From the NCBI GenBank assembly GCA_902495005.1, contig CABUVL010000001.1, positions 311,017-375,016 of the forward strand: a DNA stretch of 64,000 bases, read 5' to 3'. Position 1 is the first letter of the stretch; the number at the start of each line of letters is the position of its first letter. Under the pieces are notes generated by a model. That model saw only the letters and a list, made by a program, of their open reading frames with translations. It ran no database searches and had not been told where the DNA came from. Shown here piece after piece: positions 10,372 through 19,815 of this stretch. Source of the DNA: an uncultured Verrucomicrobiota bacterium (lineage in GTDB: Bacteria > Verrucomicrobiota > Verrucomicrobiia > Opitutales > UBA9783). The position numbers and the translations under genes are program-made.

Positions 10372-10419
10372 CTGAATTTTTGGGTTAAATGGCTACTGGG
10401 TCTTAGATTCTGAAAATTT

Positions 10420-11679
10420 TTAAGAAAAGTAAATTTCTTTTTCCGGCAACCAATTGTGTAAAACACTTGGGATTTTCAGACACGACTTGTGCGTATTGTT
10501 TTCGAGGATGGCGGCTAAGACCCGTGGAATTGCAAGGCCAGAGCCATTCAGCGTGTGAACAAACTTCAATTCCCCATTTTTTGTGCGATACCGTATGTTG
10601 GCTCGTCGGGCTTGGAAGTCTGTGAACAAGCTGCAACTTGACACTTCCAGCCAGCGTTTTTGCCCCATTGCCCACACTTCTAAATCGTATTGTTTGGCGT
10701 GAGGGAATCCCATGTCTCCCGTGCAAATGGAGAGCACGCGGTATGGAATTTCCAATTTTTGCAATAAGTCTTCGGCATCTTTTCGCAACGCTTCTAAACT
10801 TGCGAGGCCATTTTCCGGCAAAACCCACTGAACCAATTCAACTTTATCAAATTGGTGCAGGCGATTAAGTCCTCTGACATCTTTTCCCCAGCTGCCCGCC
10901 TCTCTGCGGAAGCATGGCGAATAGGCGCAATACTTTTTAGGCAAATCCGCCTCGTTGAAAATTTCATTGCGGAAGAAATTTGTGACGGGCACTTCCGCGG
11001 TCGGGATAAGGTAGCCTTCGTGGGTCGCGTACATCATTCCTTCTTTGTCGGGCAGTTGGCCTGTGGCGGTTGCGCTCGTTGCATTTACCATGAGCGGAGG
11101 TAAAAGTTCAACGTAGCCCTTCGAATAGGCTTCTTCCAGAAAAAATGCGATCAGCGCGCGCACGAGCCTGGCTACGGGGCCCACATAAAATGGGAAACCG
11201 GCGCCCATGACTTTTGTTCCTCGTCCAAAATCAATCCATTTTTCAAAATTGGGTATGTCAAAATGGGCAAGCGCTTCATCGTTTTCTTTTTGCGTCGGCT
11301 TCCATTGATACAGCTCCTTATTGTCTTGAGCGCCTCGACCGACCGGGACAGATGCGTGGGGCACATTGGGCACGCTGAGCCATTCTTTATAAAAAGCTTC
11401 TTCCGCTTGCTGACATTTTTTCTCCAAATTCTTGCTTTGATTTGACAGCGACTTCAGTGATTGGATGGCCGCGGCAAATTCTGGTGATTTCTTGTCTAAA
11501 CTGGCTACGTACTTGTTGGCGGATTGTAGCTGTGAACGGGCTTGTTCGTAAGCTTTTAATTGAGTTACGTATTCCCGATCTAACAGTCGTACTTTCTCCA
11601 GATCACATGTAAAATGTTTTGTTGCAATACCGCGTTGAATTTCTTCAAACGCCTCCCTAAACCAGTGAATGTCTAGCAT
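10420..11679 (-). CDS. serS: seryl-tRNA synthetase
   Basis: 419 aa. N-terminal coiled-coil arm followed by a class II core (CFRREAGS, GSGLAIPR). Confidence 0.95.
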   Translation of the reverse strand: MLDIHWFREAFEEIQRGIATKHFTCDLEKVRLLDREYVTQLKAYEQARSQLQSANKYVASLDKKSPEFAAAIQSLKSLSNQSKNLEKKCQQAEEAFYKEWLSVPNVPHASVPVGRGAQDNKELYQWKPTQKENDEALAHFDIPNFEKWIDFGRGTKVMGAGFPFYVGPVARLVRALIAFFLEEAYSKGYVELLPPLMVNATSATATGQLPDKEGMMYATHEGYLIPTAEVPVTNFFRNEIFNEADLPKKYCAYSPCFRREAGSWGKDVRGLNRLHQFDKVELVQWVLPENGLASLEALRKDAEDLLQKLEIPYRVLSICTGDMGFPHAKQYDLEVWAMGQKRWLEVSSCSLFTDFQARRANIRYRTKNGELKFVHTLNGSGLAIPRVLAAILENNTHKSCLKIPSVLHNWLPEKEIYFS

Positions 11680-11692
11680 AAAGCAAATAAAT

Positions 11693-11777
11693 TGGTGCTC
11701 AGAAGGGGATTCGAACCCCTACGCCTTTCGGCACACGCCCCTCAAACGTGTGTGTCTACCTATTCCACCACCTAAGC
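11693..11777 (-). tRNA. tRNA-Leu (anticodon GAG), encoded CCA
   Basis: Reverse complement reads GCTTAGGTGGTGGAATAGGTAGACACACACGTTTGAGGGGCGTGTGCCGAAAGGCGTAGGGGTTCGAATCCCCTTCTGAGCACCA. It has a 7-bp acceptor stem, anticodon stem CACGT/GCGTG with loop TTGAGGG, a long variable arm, a TTCGAAT T-loop and a CCA end. Confidence 0.9.
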
Positions 11778-12487
11778 ATTTAATAACTAATAAAGAAGCT
11801 CAATAGGAAGAACGCAACGTAAAATTACATCTTTTTGTATTACGCGTATAAGGGATGTTTGTGGAAATGTTTTTTTGTAAAACGTGCAACAGTTTTCTTT
11901 CCCTGTGTCAATGGCTTCAACCCATGCGCGGGGTAATTTGAAAATTGACCGTAGGTTTTTTCTTTATTTTGTTAATGAAAGAGGATATTTGCGTAAAAAT
12001 GAGGATGTTCTTGGAATACTTTGACTACGACCAGGATCTGAAATGGAGTTACAGGGATCTTATGAAGTTGTTCTTTATTTGTTCATAGCAAACATCTTAA
12101 TCTATTTTTCTCGCCTATGGCGGTTTGTAAATGATTTATATCTCCCAGTGTTTTCTTGGCCGATAAAGGTTCAATAATACGGCAACAGATCCATTTTTTG
12201 AAAAGTCGATTGTGCTCGACCCAATCAAAGCGTACGGGACATGCACTTAGATGAATTCATCTGTTGAAAACAGGCTTGTTCCTCTCTGTTGTATGGACTT
12301 AGCTTACGGTCAAAACTGGATGCGAGTGACTTAACCATTGCGACATGGCATCCACGACTGTGCTGCTTCCGTTGTGGTGGGAGGCTGGTTGTCGAATTGA
12401 CTCGGAATGCGTGCACATTGCACATTAGAGGCAGGCTTGACGCGGCCCAGTAGCAATTTTTTTGCCGTTCCATCACTTTTTCATCGC

Positions 12488-12520
12488 ATAAAAAAGGCCT
12501 TGGTTAAAAACCAAGGCCTT
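12488..12520 (-). terminator. rho-independent terminator downstream of rpsT
   Basis: Perfect 10-bp stem AAGGCCTTGG/CCAAGGCCTT (12494..12520). On the minus strand it is followed by a T-run (the A-run at 12490..12495). It lies about 20 nt after the rpsT stop. Confidence 0.8.
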
Positions 12521-12539
12521 GGATGGGATGGGAGAAATT

Positions 12540-12845
12540 CTATTCTGCACTTGCAGGAACCTTTTCCGCGGTTTCTGCGGCAGGAAGATCAACAAATATG
12601 TACTGTGACAAACGAGCTTTTAAGCGACTTGCCTTATTGTGATGAATGACGTTGTGCTTAACAGCTTTATCTAAGGCCGACATATACTCAATTGCACTTA
12701 ATTTAGTGGCAAGTTTATCCTCACTTGTCTTGGCTTTTTGAACGCGCTTCGAAAGTGTTTTTAAGCGGCTTCGTTCAGACTTGTTTCTTGCCGTTAATTT
12801 TGCAATCTTTCTAATTGCCTTTTTGGATGATTTTATGTTTGCCAT
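12540..12845 (-). CDS. rpsT: 30S ribosomal protein S20
   Basis: MANIKSSKKAIRK..ARNKSERSRLKT N-terminus, typical of S20. 101 aa. Confidence 0.93.
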   Translation of the reverse strand: MANIKSSKKAIRKIAKLTARNKSERSRLKTLSKRVQKAKTSEDKLATKLSAIEYMSALDKAVKHNVIHHNKASRLKARLSQYIFVDLPAAETAEKVPASAE

Positions 12846-12910
12846 TAGGTTTTCCGATCTTCTGTATTAAATAGAAAAATTATTTTAGAATATGTCAAGC
12901 GTTTTATTTA

Positions 12911-13189
12911 TTATTCATAAAATTGATTGGCGAATAATTTTTGCAACTCTTCCCATAAATTTTTGCAATCTTGTTGAGGCCCTTCGAGAGTAACTTCAAG
13001 CCAACTGTTACAGCAGACGGCCAGCATCATAATTTCTAGAATATTACGCCCGTTGGCCTGCTCTTTATTGATGGAGAACGTGACTTTGACTTTGGGGAAT
13101 TTTTCTGCGGTATGTACAATTTGCGCACAGGGCCTTGCGTGTAAGCCCATTTTATTTTTCACCAAAAGCTGTCCTTTTATTTTAACCAC
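12911..13189 (-). CDS. HPr-family phosphocarrier protein (looks closer to NPr/PtsO than to sugar-PTS HPr)
   Basis: 92 aa with a GTG start. Active-site GLHARP (His15 equivalent). The LEGPQQD segment resembles ATGPQEEEA of NPr. Confidence 0.85.
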   Translation of the reverse strand: MVKIKGQLLVKNKMGLHARPCAQIVHTAEKFPKVKVTFSINKEQANGRNILEIMMLAVCCNSWLEVTLEGPQQDCKNLWEELQKLFANQFYE

Positions 13190-13278
13190 ACAGATACTAA
13201 CGATAATGTAAATGATTTTTGGGAGAATGCAATCTTTTCATTTGCATTATTAAATAAAAATGTTGAAATTACTCTGTT

Positions 13279-14058
13279 ATGTTTAGGCGTCTTACACCTT
13301 TCCTGTTCGTGAGTGTTATGTGTGTGTTTGGCTTATTGTATGGGGAAAAAGCAGATTCAAATGTAAGAATTGAAGGCAAGGTTTGTTTTAAAACGGAGGA
13401 CATTTTACGTGGAGCCCTTAAAGCTAAGCGCGGGGTGGAGCCACATGCTTTATTAATTATAAAAAATGAGAAGCGGGGTGTGTATGCTGAAACGTGTGCG
13501 TTTTTACCCACGCAGTATAAGCAGAAATTTGGAGACCGCTGGTCTTTTAGTGCGGGGTACCTTCAAAAAATAACGGAATTTTTTACCTGGGATGTCGGTG
13601 GGCAGTACAATTTATTGAGAAGGGCCCCAAAGGATCAGTTGAGTTATTGGCGAGAACTGTATACGGGAATTAAGGCGGACTTGCCGTTGAATCCAAGTTT
13701 TTACCTTTATCACGATCTTGAACGAAGGCAGTGGTGCGTGGAGATTCAATGTGCTCATGATTTTGATCTTTTTGATTCGGACAAGTGGGCCTTGGAAAGT
13801 TTATTCTCGTGGGGTTATGTAAAAGCTAAAAGACCTTTTGGCGGTGTTCGATCGGGTGCGTGGAATCGAAAAAATCACTATTGGTACACGAGCTTACAAT
13901 TGCTGCTGGCGTACCACGTTAACGATGAACTGTGCATCAAGATGGGTCCTCAATTTACTTACAATCGGGATGGAACACGTCCGTATTCCATCGCCAATGA
14001 GGCCACGCATCATTCGCACTTGTGCTCCTTCTCAATGGGCATTTCGTATCGTTACTGA
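13279..14058 (+). CDS. putative outer-membrane beta-barrel protein
   Basis: Signal peptide (MFRRLTPFLFVSVMCVFGLLYG), alternating aromatic-rich beta-like segments, and a C-terminus ISYRY ending in an aromatic residue as in OMP barrels. Confidence 0.55.
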   Translation: MFRRLTPFLFVSVMCVFGLLYGEKADSNVRIEGKVCFKTEDILRGALKAKRGVEPHALLIIKNEKRGVYAETCAFLPTQYKQKFGDRWSFSAGYLQKITEFFTWDVGGQYNLLRRAPKDQLSYWRELYTGIKADLPLNPSFYLYHDLERRQWCVEIQCAHDFDLFDSDKWALESLFSWGYVKAKRPFGGVRSGAWNRKNHYWYTSLQLLLAYHVNDELCIKMGPQFTYNRDGTRPYSIANEATHHSHLCSFSMGISYRY

Positions 14059-14067
14059 GTTTGTCCA

Positions 14068-14532
14068 GTGAAGCATTTTTTGATTACATTTTTACTTTTA
14101 TTGACTACTCACTTGGGAGCTTCATTACCTGATGCAGAAGATTGCCTTAGCTTCTTAATAAGAGAAGGTTATCAAACGCAAGAGGGTGTTAATCGTTTCG
14201 CTAATTTATTGAGTGGATGGGCTGTTACTGTTTACAGTGACGTTGTTGCAGAGATTTATTATTTATGTGATGATAATTGTAAAGAGTCTTCTGAATACAT
14301 CCCCGCTTATGAACGTGTTCCAAGGGATAGTCTATTAAAAGCCAAGTACCATATCCTGTGCTATGGCGTATTGCATTTGACTAATTCTAATACACTTTTA
14401 GGAAAAGAATTATGCGCGACGATAGCTTTGTACATGGAAGATCTTTTACAAGAAGATATCAATAAGTATATTGAACCTTACACGATTGAAGAATTAAAGG
14501 CTGAGTTTTCAAAGCGCACGCGAGCCGATTGA
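14068..14532 (+). CDS. hypothetical secreted protein
   Basis: 154-aa ORF with a GTG start 9 nt after the previous gene. Has a signal peptide (MKHFLITFLLLLTTHLGAS). No recognisable domain. Confidence 0.5.
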   Translation: MKHFLITFLLLLTTHLGASLPDAEDCLSFLIREGYQTQEGVNRFANLLSGWAVTVYSDVVAEIYYLCDDNCKESSEYIPAYERVPRDSLLKAKYHILCYGVLHLTNSNTLLGKELCATIALYMEDLLQEDINKYIEPYTIEELKAEFSKRTRAD

Positions 14533-14543
14533 TATTTAGATTC

Positions 14544-15338
14544 TTAATGGGCACTGGGATGCACGAAGCCGCGATTGGGCTTATCACTTAAGAAAAATTG
14601 CAGGAATTGTTTGCCGCGATCTGTTTGTGGAACGTTGTCTGTGAGGACTTGTTGAGCCAGACGTTGAAAGGCGTTACTTTCTTGGCCGTAAACATGTCGA
14701 TAGCACTGCTTTATATCGGCGACTTCAAGCGTGGAAAATCCGCGTCTTTGTAGGCCGATGAGGTTCAAATTTTTCAATTGGTTGCGTTCCAGCACTGTTA
14801 CAAAAGGAGGTACGTGCATGGTGATGACGGTGTTGCCGGAGATGAATGCGCTTTCACCGATGCTGACAAATTGGTGTACCATGGAGCCCCCGCTTAAAAA
14901 AGCAAAGTCGTCTACGTGGACAAAGCCTCCGAGTAAGACGTGATTGACGAGTGTGCAGTGATTTCCGACGTGGCAATCGTGTCCGACGTGGCTGTAGGCC
15001 ATAAGTAGGCAATGGTCCCCGATAATTGTATTTTGGTCGGATTGAGAGGCTTTATGCACGGTCGCGCCTTCTCGGATGACGCTTCCTTCGCCGATAATAA
15101 CGCCTCCCGACAGATTAGCGTTAAAGTTACTAATTTGTGGCAGATCACCGAGGCAGACAAAGCTGTGCACGTGGACGTGATCTTTTAAAATAGTCCCCGA
15201 TTTTAAAATGACGTGGCTGTCCAGAACGACACCTTCGCCCAGTTGGACGCCGGGTTCAATTTGACAAAAGGGGCCTATGGACAGTTTGTCGTTGAGTTGT
15301 ACGCTTGGATCTACAATGGCTGTCGGGTGAATTGACAT
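14544..15338 (-). CDS. lpxA: acyl-ACP--UDP-N-acetylglucosamine O-acyltransferase
   Basis: MSIHPTAIVDPSVQL start, left-handed beta-helix hexapeptide repeats and a helical C-terminal domain. 264 aa. Confidence 0.9.
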   Translation of the reverse strand: MSIHPTAIVDPSVQLNDKLSIGPFCQIEPGVQLGEGVVLDSHVILKSGTILKDHVHVHSFVCLGDLPQISNFNANLSGGVIIGEGSVIREGATVHKASQSDQNTIIGDHCLLMAYSHVGHDCHVGNHCTLVNHVLLGGFVHVDDFAFLSGGSMVHQFVSIGESAFISGNTVITMHVPPFVTVLERNQLKNLNLIGLQRRGFSTLEVADIKQCYRHVYGQESNAFQRLAQQVLTDNVPQTDRGKQFLQFFLSDKPNRGFVHPSAH

Positions 15339-15448
15339 AAGACAATATGCAAATTACTTATGATTGAGCTTGCAATACAATAAGAATAAAATTCAAAATC
15401 CAACGAGCGTATTTCAAAAAAATTGCGTGTAAAATTATCACGGAACGT

Positions 15449-16846
15449 ATGGCTCATTTGTCAGATCAGAGTTGGGATGTTATTGTAATTGGCGCGGGTA
15501 TGTCGGGATTAGGCGCCGGCATTCGATTGGCTTTGGCGGGGCAAAAGGTTCTTTTATTGGAAAAGCACAACTCGGTGGGGGGGCTCAATGGTTATTATTT
15601 TCGGGATGGCATAAAGTACGATGTCGGTTTGCACGCCATGACTAACTTTGTCAATAAGGGGAGTAAAAAAAGCCCGTTAATGAAATTGTGTCGTCAACTG
15701 AGGCTGTCTTACGACGATTTACAACTAACAGAACAAATCAGGTCATGTATTCATTTCCCCGATGTACAATTGTTTTTTAGCAATCATTTTGAGCTTTTGT
15801 CTGAGGAGATTGCCGAAAAATTTCCGAGCCAAGTGGATGCATTTAAGCGCTTGGTCGCGGCGGTGTTGGCGGTGGAAGATACGTCGTTGACAGAAAATTC
15901 TTTTATTTCAACGCGAGCATTATTGCGCGATTTTATTCCGGATCCCGTGTTGTCGGAGATCTTGCTGACCCCGCTGCTCTATTACGGCAGTGCGCACGTC
16001 AATGATATCGATTGGCGTCAGTTCGCCATTTTATTTAAGGCAATTTACTTGGAAGGTTTTGCACGTCCACGTGGGGGTGTTCGCACTTTACTTAATTTGT
16101 TGCGTGAACATTATCGACAATTGGGAGGCGCTTTGCGCGTTAAGGCGGCCGTGGAATTTGTTGAGGCGAATCAAAGCGGCGTAAATGTCCATTTGCTTTC
16201 TGGAGAAATTTTGCACGCGTCGAGTGTTTTGTCATCCATTGGATACGCTGAAACAATGCGACTGTGCGGACAAAATCAAAAGCTAAATGGGCCTCGTTTG
16301 AGCTTTATGGAAACGATTACGACCCTTCGTGGAGCGCCTGCAGAACATCATTTGAAAAATACGATTGTGTTTTACAATGATTCAATGCATATGCACTATG
16401 AGGCCCCTGAGGATTATGCTGATTTGCGCAGCGGTGTGATTTGTGTGCCAGAGAATTACGAAGATGGGTGCCTTCATGACTGCACGACCTTGCGGACAAC
16501 CCATTTGGCAAATTACCTTTACTGGAAGCGGCTTTCTAAAAACGCATATGCGGAGATGAAACGTGTTTTCTTAGAGCAGTCACGTCAACGTGTGTTTTCA
16601 CTTTTCGGTCAAGCGCAGGAGCCTGTCATCATCGCAGAGGATATTTTTACGCCTTTAACCGTCGAAAGGTACACCGGCCATATGGACGGTGCCATTTATG
16701 GATCGCCGGACAAAATTCGTAACGGGGATATCGGGATCCCGAATGTGTTTATTTGTGGCACTGATCAGGGCTTTTTGGGGATCGTTGGTGCCCTGTTGAG
16801 CGGCATATCCATGGCCAATTACCACGTGATTCAGCCAAATGTCTAA
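15449..16846 (+). CDS. FAD/NAD(P)-binding oxidoreductase (phytoene-desaturase/amine-oxidase-like family)
   Basis: DVIVIGAGMSGLGAGIRLALAGQKVLLLEKHNSVGG dinucleotide-binding motif. 465 aa. Substrate unknown. Confidence 0.7.
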   Translation: MAHLSDQSWDVIVIGAGMSGLGAGIRLALAGQKVLLLEKHNSVGGLNGYYFRDGIKYDVGLHAMTNFVNKGSKKSPLMKLCRQLRLSYDDLQLTEQIRSCIHFPDVQLFFSNHFELLSEEIAEKFPSQVDAFKRLVAAVLAVEDTSLTENSFISTRALLRDFIPDPVLSEILLTPLLYYGSAHVNDIDWRQFAILFKAIYLEGFARPRGGVRTLLNLLREHYRQLGGALRVKAAVEFVEANQSGVNVHLLSGEILHASSVLSSIGYAETMRLCGQNQKLNGPRLSFMETITTLRGAPAEHHLKNTIVFYNDSMHMHYEAPEDYADLRSGVICVPENYEDGCLHDCTTLRTTHLANYLYWKRLSKNAYAEMKRVFLEQSRQRVFSLFGQAQEPVIIAEDIFTPLTVERYTGHMDGAIYGSPDKIRNGDIGIPNVFICGTDQGFLGIVGALLSGISMANYHVIQPNV

Positions 16847-16920
16847 TTGCTTTATTTCCATTAATATGGATAAAATGATTGACATTTTCCACTTAATATT
16901 TACGTTCAATAATGTTGAGC

Positions 16921-16997
16921 GGGGTAGTAGTTCAGTTGGTTAGAACGCCTGCCTGTCACGCAGGAGGTCACGAGTTCGAGTCTCGTCTATCCCGCCA
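16921..16997 (+). tRNA. tRNA-Asp (anticodon GUC), encoded CCA
   Basis: GGGGTAGTAGTTCAGTTGGTTAGAACGCCTGCCTGTCACGCAGGAGGTCACGAGTTCGAGTCTCGTCTATCCCGCCA. Acceptor GGGGTAG/CTATCCC, anticodon stem CCTGC/GCAGG with loop CTGTCAC, T-loop TTCGAGT. Confidence 0.93.
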
Positions 16998-17430
16998 TTC
17001 GTTTCTTTCTTAAACTGGGGCAGCGTTTTATAAAAAGTTAATGTTTTATTGGGGGCACCTGGTTAGAATACGATCAATGGTTATCGCGCGATGGACAGGG
17101 GGCGTAACTTTATTCAAAGGTAAGTTAAAGAAGCGTTGGCTGAAGTTGTGTAATAAGGTTGGTGCCTTGATACTTTACCTATCATCGGCGTTTGTTTGAC
17201 CTATTCATTTCGTTATCGAAGTCACCTCTAATTTGCGCACCTCAATGCGTGGTCAATGTGTCGAACCGCTAAATCGAAAAAACGTTCAATAAGCACTTCG
17301 CAGGAGTAGGAACGTTGGCAAAATTTGAAAAAAGTTTAATCTTTGCGTCGATTAAAATGCTAATTCCGCAAAAGGAACTCATTTGCTTTTGTGCTTTATC
17401 TACAATTCACGTTTTCAACAGTTATAGGTT

Positions 17431-17466
17431 AAAAAAGAAGAAGGAGATGGCTTAGCGATCTCCTTC
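17431..17466 (-). terminator. rho-independent terminator of the 18273..19592 / 17491..18264 gene pair
   Basis: 9-bp stem GAAGGAGAT/ATCTCCTTC (17440..17466). On the minus strand it is followed by TTCTTTTTT. It lies about 25 nt after the stop at 17491. Confidence 0.75.
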
Positions 17467-17490
17467 TCTTTCTCTTTACTGAAGAATGCC

Positions 17491-18264
17491 TTATGCTTTT
17501 TGAGGCTCGCCCTTTTGTTTTATCTCGTTGTATTTGTTAATTAAATTTTGAACTTTATTTTTTAATTTCGATATTTTCTCTGTGGAATTTTTATCGTTTT
17601 CTTGGGTGTTGAGAGCCTCTTGCAACTCCTCTAAAGGCTTACTTAAGTCAAGTGCTTCTATTTCGCTTGGTTTTACACTGTCCTCGGGTAATATTTGTTG
17701 CTGCATCCACAAATAAATTGCTGGACCATATGAGTGCTCTTCAAAAGTATCATCGACTTTTTGTATCATTTTACAATATGTCGTTTGAAGGACTTGGAGC
17801 AAGATTAAACACTTGCCCTTTAATTCTGGTAATTCTGGATCAGAAGCAGCTCGGAAGAAAAGCAGAACATAGGCATTTAAGCAATCTTGTGCAGTTGTAA
17901 TGGCATCGAAATTAATTTCATTGGTTAAATCTATTTTTAAGTATTCTGCTATTGTTTTGATAAAATTTGCTTCTGTTTTAGTGTTATTTTTTACTAGTTC
18001 ATTGGAATATTGTACATATACGGTTCGTTTTAATATGTTATTTTCTGTTTCGATAACAGACTTAGCATCTTTAGGAAAAACATCACTTGATGTAATGAGG
18101 CAAATTAATTTTAATTCTTCGCTTAATTGAGGGAAGTTGCGATATTTTGTGCGAATTACATCTCCGTTATATACGAATTTGTTAATTTTATTAATGTATT
18201 GAATAAGATTTAGGTTGTCTAGTGTAGGATTTGTGAGCAAGGTATTCCACCATTTAGAAGCCAC
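17491..18264 (-). CDS. hypothetical protein (orphan, AT-rich)
   Basis: 257-aa ORF 8 nt downstream of the preceding gene. K/E/N-rich with a coiled-coil-like C-terminus (KISKLKNKVQNLINKYNEIKQK). No recognisable motif. Confidence 0.6.
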   Translation of the reverse strand: MASKWWNTLLTNPTLDNLNLIQYINKINKFVYNGDVIRTKYRNFPQLSEELKLICLITSSDVFPKDAKSVIETENNILKRTVYVQYSNELVKNNTKTEANFIKTIAEYLKIDLTNEINFDAITTAQDCLNAYVLLFFRAASDPELPELKGKCLILLQVLQTTYCKMIQKVDDTFEEHSYGPAIYLWMQQQILPEDSVKPSEIEALDLSKPLEELQEALNTQENDKNSTEKISKLKNKVQNLINKYNEIKQKGEPQKA

Positions 18265-18272
18265 AGCGTTAA

Positions 18273-19592
18273 TTACAAGCTTAAAACGGCTTGTTTCCTT
18301 TCTTGCTTCTTGCGTTCAAACTCTTTTTTTGCATTTTCCAAAAGTTTTTGCGCTTTATTTAAGGTATTATTTGCTGCATTAGCTTCGAGTACTTTTTTGT
18401 CGTAATCATTCTTTGCGGCCGCTATTGTATTTCCTATTTCTTTTTTGGAGTTTTTGAGTGCATTTAATTTTTCCTCATAGGCGTTGCCGGCGTCTTGAGC
18501 TTCCTTTTTTTTGAGTTCTAGATCTGCTTGGGCCGTGTTGGCAATTGCATTTAAACCTGTCTCCGAGCACATTTTTCTTTCCTCTGGAGATAAAGACGTT
18601 ACGCTTGTTATAGGATAAAGGGTTTCTATAATATTTTGATTATTGAGGAAGAACCTAATGCCTTTTAGAAGCATAGCTTGGTAATTAGTATCCCCAGGTT
18701 GCCTGTCATAAATGCGTATTGCTTCGTTTGCTTCAAAATATGTTTTATAATGAATACCATTCAGATCAGTGTACCATGGTACAATAAGCGTGCCTTTAGC
18801 CTTTGCTAATTCTTTTAGCTTTATTATCATAGCCGTGGCTGCGTCGTATAATCCTGTTTCATTCTTCTGTTCGGGTTGAATAAGTATCAACGTTGAATCG
18901 AGATAGCCTTCTGGGGTTGGAAACTTAACTATTGTAGTCTCGTTATCTTCGCCTTTGATTACGGTCTGATATGTTTGATCTTTATATATGCTTCGCCAAT
19001 CGTTTAGCGTCAGGGCAACATGCTTTTTTACAAAGTGATCCACTAGAGAATTTGGATCATCCTTTTGGCATTGTTTTCCAGAAAATCTGTTTTGGGCATT
19101 AATTTTGTCTGTAGTTAAGCCTAATAATGTAGTTTTTATCTTTTGAAAGTCCGCTAAACTTTGCTTTGCCTCTTCCAATTTTTGTTCAGCTTCATAACGT
19201 TTATTGCTAGCTGCTATTGAATCCGTAACTGATTTATTGAAAACCTCCCTGGGCAGATCTACACCTTCCTGAAGCGCTTTTTCATAATTTGCTTTGGCTT
19301 GATTTAATGCGAGTTCAGCATTTTTTGCCTGTTGTTCGGCCTCTTGAATTTGTTTTTCAATATCTTCGACTCGTTGTTCGGCGTCTTGTACCCAGTTTCC
19401 TTTAAGCAGGCGACTCGCTTCATTGAATTGCTGATTCGCTTCATTAAATCGTTGCCGAGCTTTTTGTTCCCAAGGCTGTATTTTTTTTGTGGGCTTAGGA
19501 GTCGATGCCAATACCTTCCCAATAGGAAGCATGTTGCAGATCAAACTAGCGATTAGAAAAGCAACATTAAAGGAATGAAAAACTTTTTTCAT
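18273..19592 (-). CDS. hypothetical secreted coiled-coil protein (orphan, AT-rich)
   Basis: 439 aa. Signal peptide (MKKVFHSFNVAFLIASLICNMLPIGKVLAS). N- and C-terminal heptad-like A/K/E/Q/N-rich segments flank a globular core of about 200 aa. No recognisable domain. Confidence 0.65.
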   Translation of the reverse strand: MKKVFHSFNVAFLIASLICNMLPIGKVLASTPKPTKKIQPWEQKARQRFNEANQQFNEASRLLKGNWVQDAEQRVEDIEKQIQEAEQQAKNAELALNQAKANYEKALQEGVDLPREVFNKSVTDSIAASNKRYEAEQKLEEAKQSLADFQKIKTTLLGLTTDKINAQNRFSGKQCQKDDPNSLVDHFVKKHVALTLNDWRSIYKDQTYQTVIKGEDNETTIVKFPTPEGYLDSTLILIQPEQKNETGLYDAATAMIIKLKELAKAKGTLIVPWYTDLNGIHYKTYFEANEAIRIYDRQPGDTNYQAMLLKGIRFFLNNQNIIETLYPITSVTSLSPEERKMCSETGLNAIANTAQADLELKKKEAQDAGNAYEEKLNALKNSKKEIGNTIAAAKNDYDKKVLEANAANNTLNKAQKLLENAKKEFERKKQERKQAVLSL

Positions 19593-19815
19593 AAAAAATT
19601 TTTATAAAAGCAAGATGTTTGTTCTGTTATTAAACAAAATGTTTTGAGGGAGTTTAACCTTAGTGCATGGCCGATGGCATTGACGGAAACAATTTTTTCT
19701 TCATGAGTGTCTTTGTCTTAATGGACTTCTTAATGTTCCGTAGGGCTATTTGTTGTCTTTCATGTTAGAGTGCTTTGAAAAAAGCTTGTGTCTTTCTGTT
19801 TGCACGGTAATTTTA

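Noticed and set aside
12225-12476. 83-aa minus-strand ORF. RNase P-like (TAGATGAAT..ACAG) and SRP-like (GGAAGCAGC, complement of 12362..12370) sequence snippets.
   Set aside because: The ORF composition is implausible for a protein of this genome. The TAGATGAAT match is part of a 14-nt palindrome, so it reads the same on both strands. The other universally conserved RNase P blocks (GAGGAAAGTCCGGGC, GGTAAGAGC, ACAGAA.CCGGCTTA) are absent. A single 9-mer match to the SRP helix-8 motif, without the paired GNRA-loop context, is expected by chance in 128 kb of two-strand sequence.
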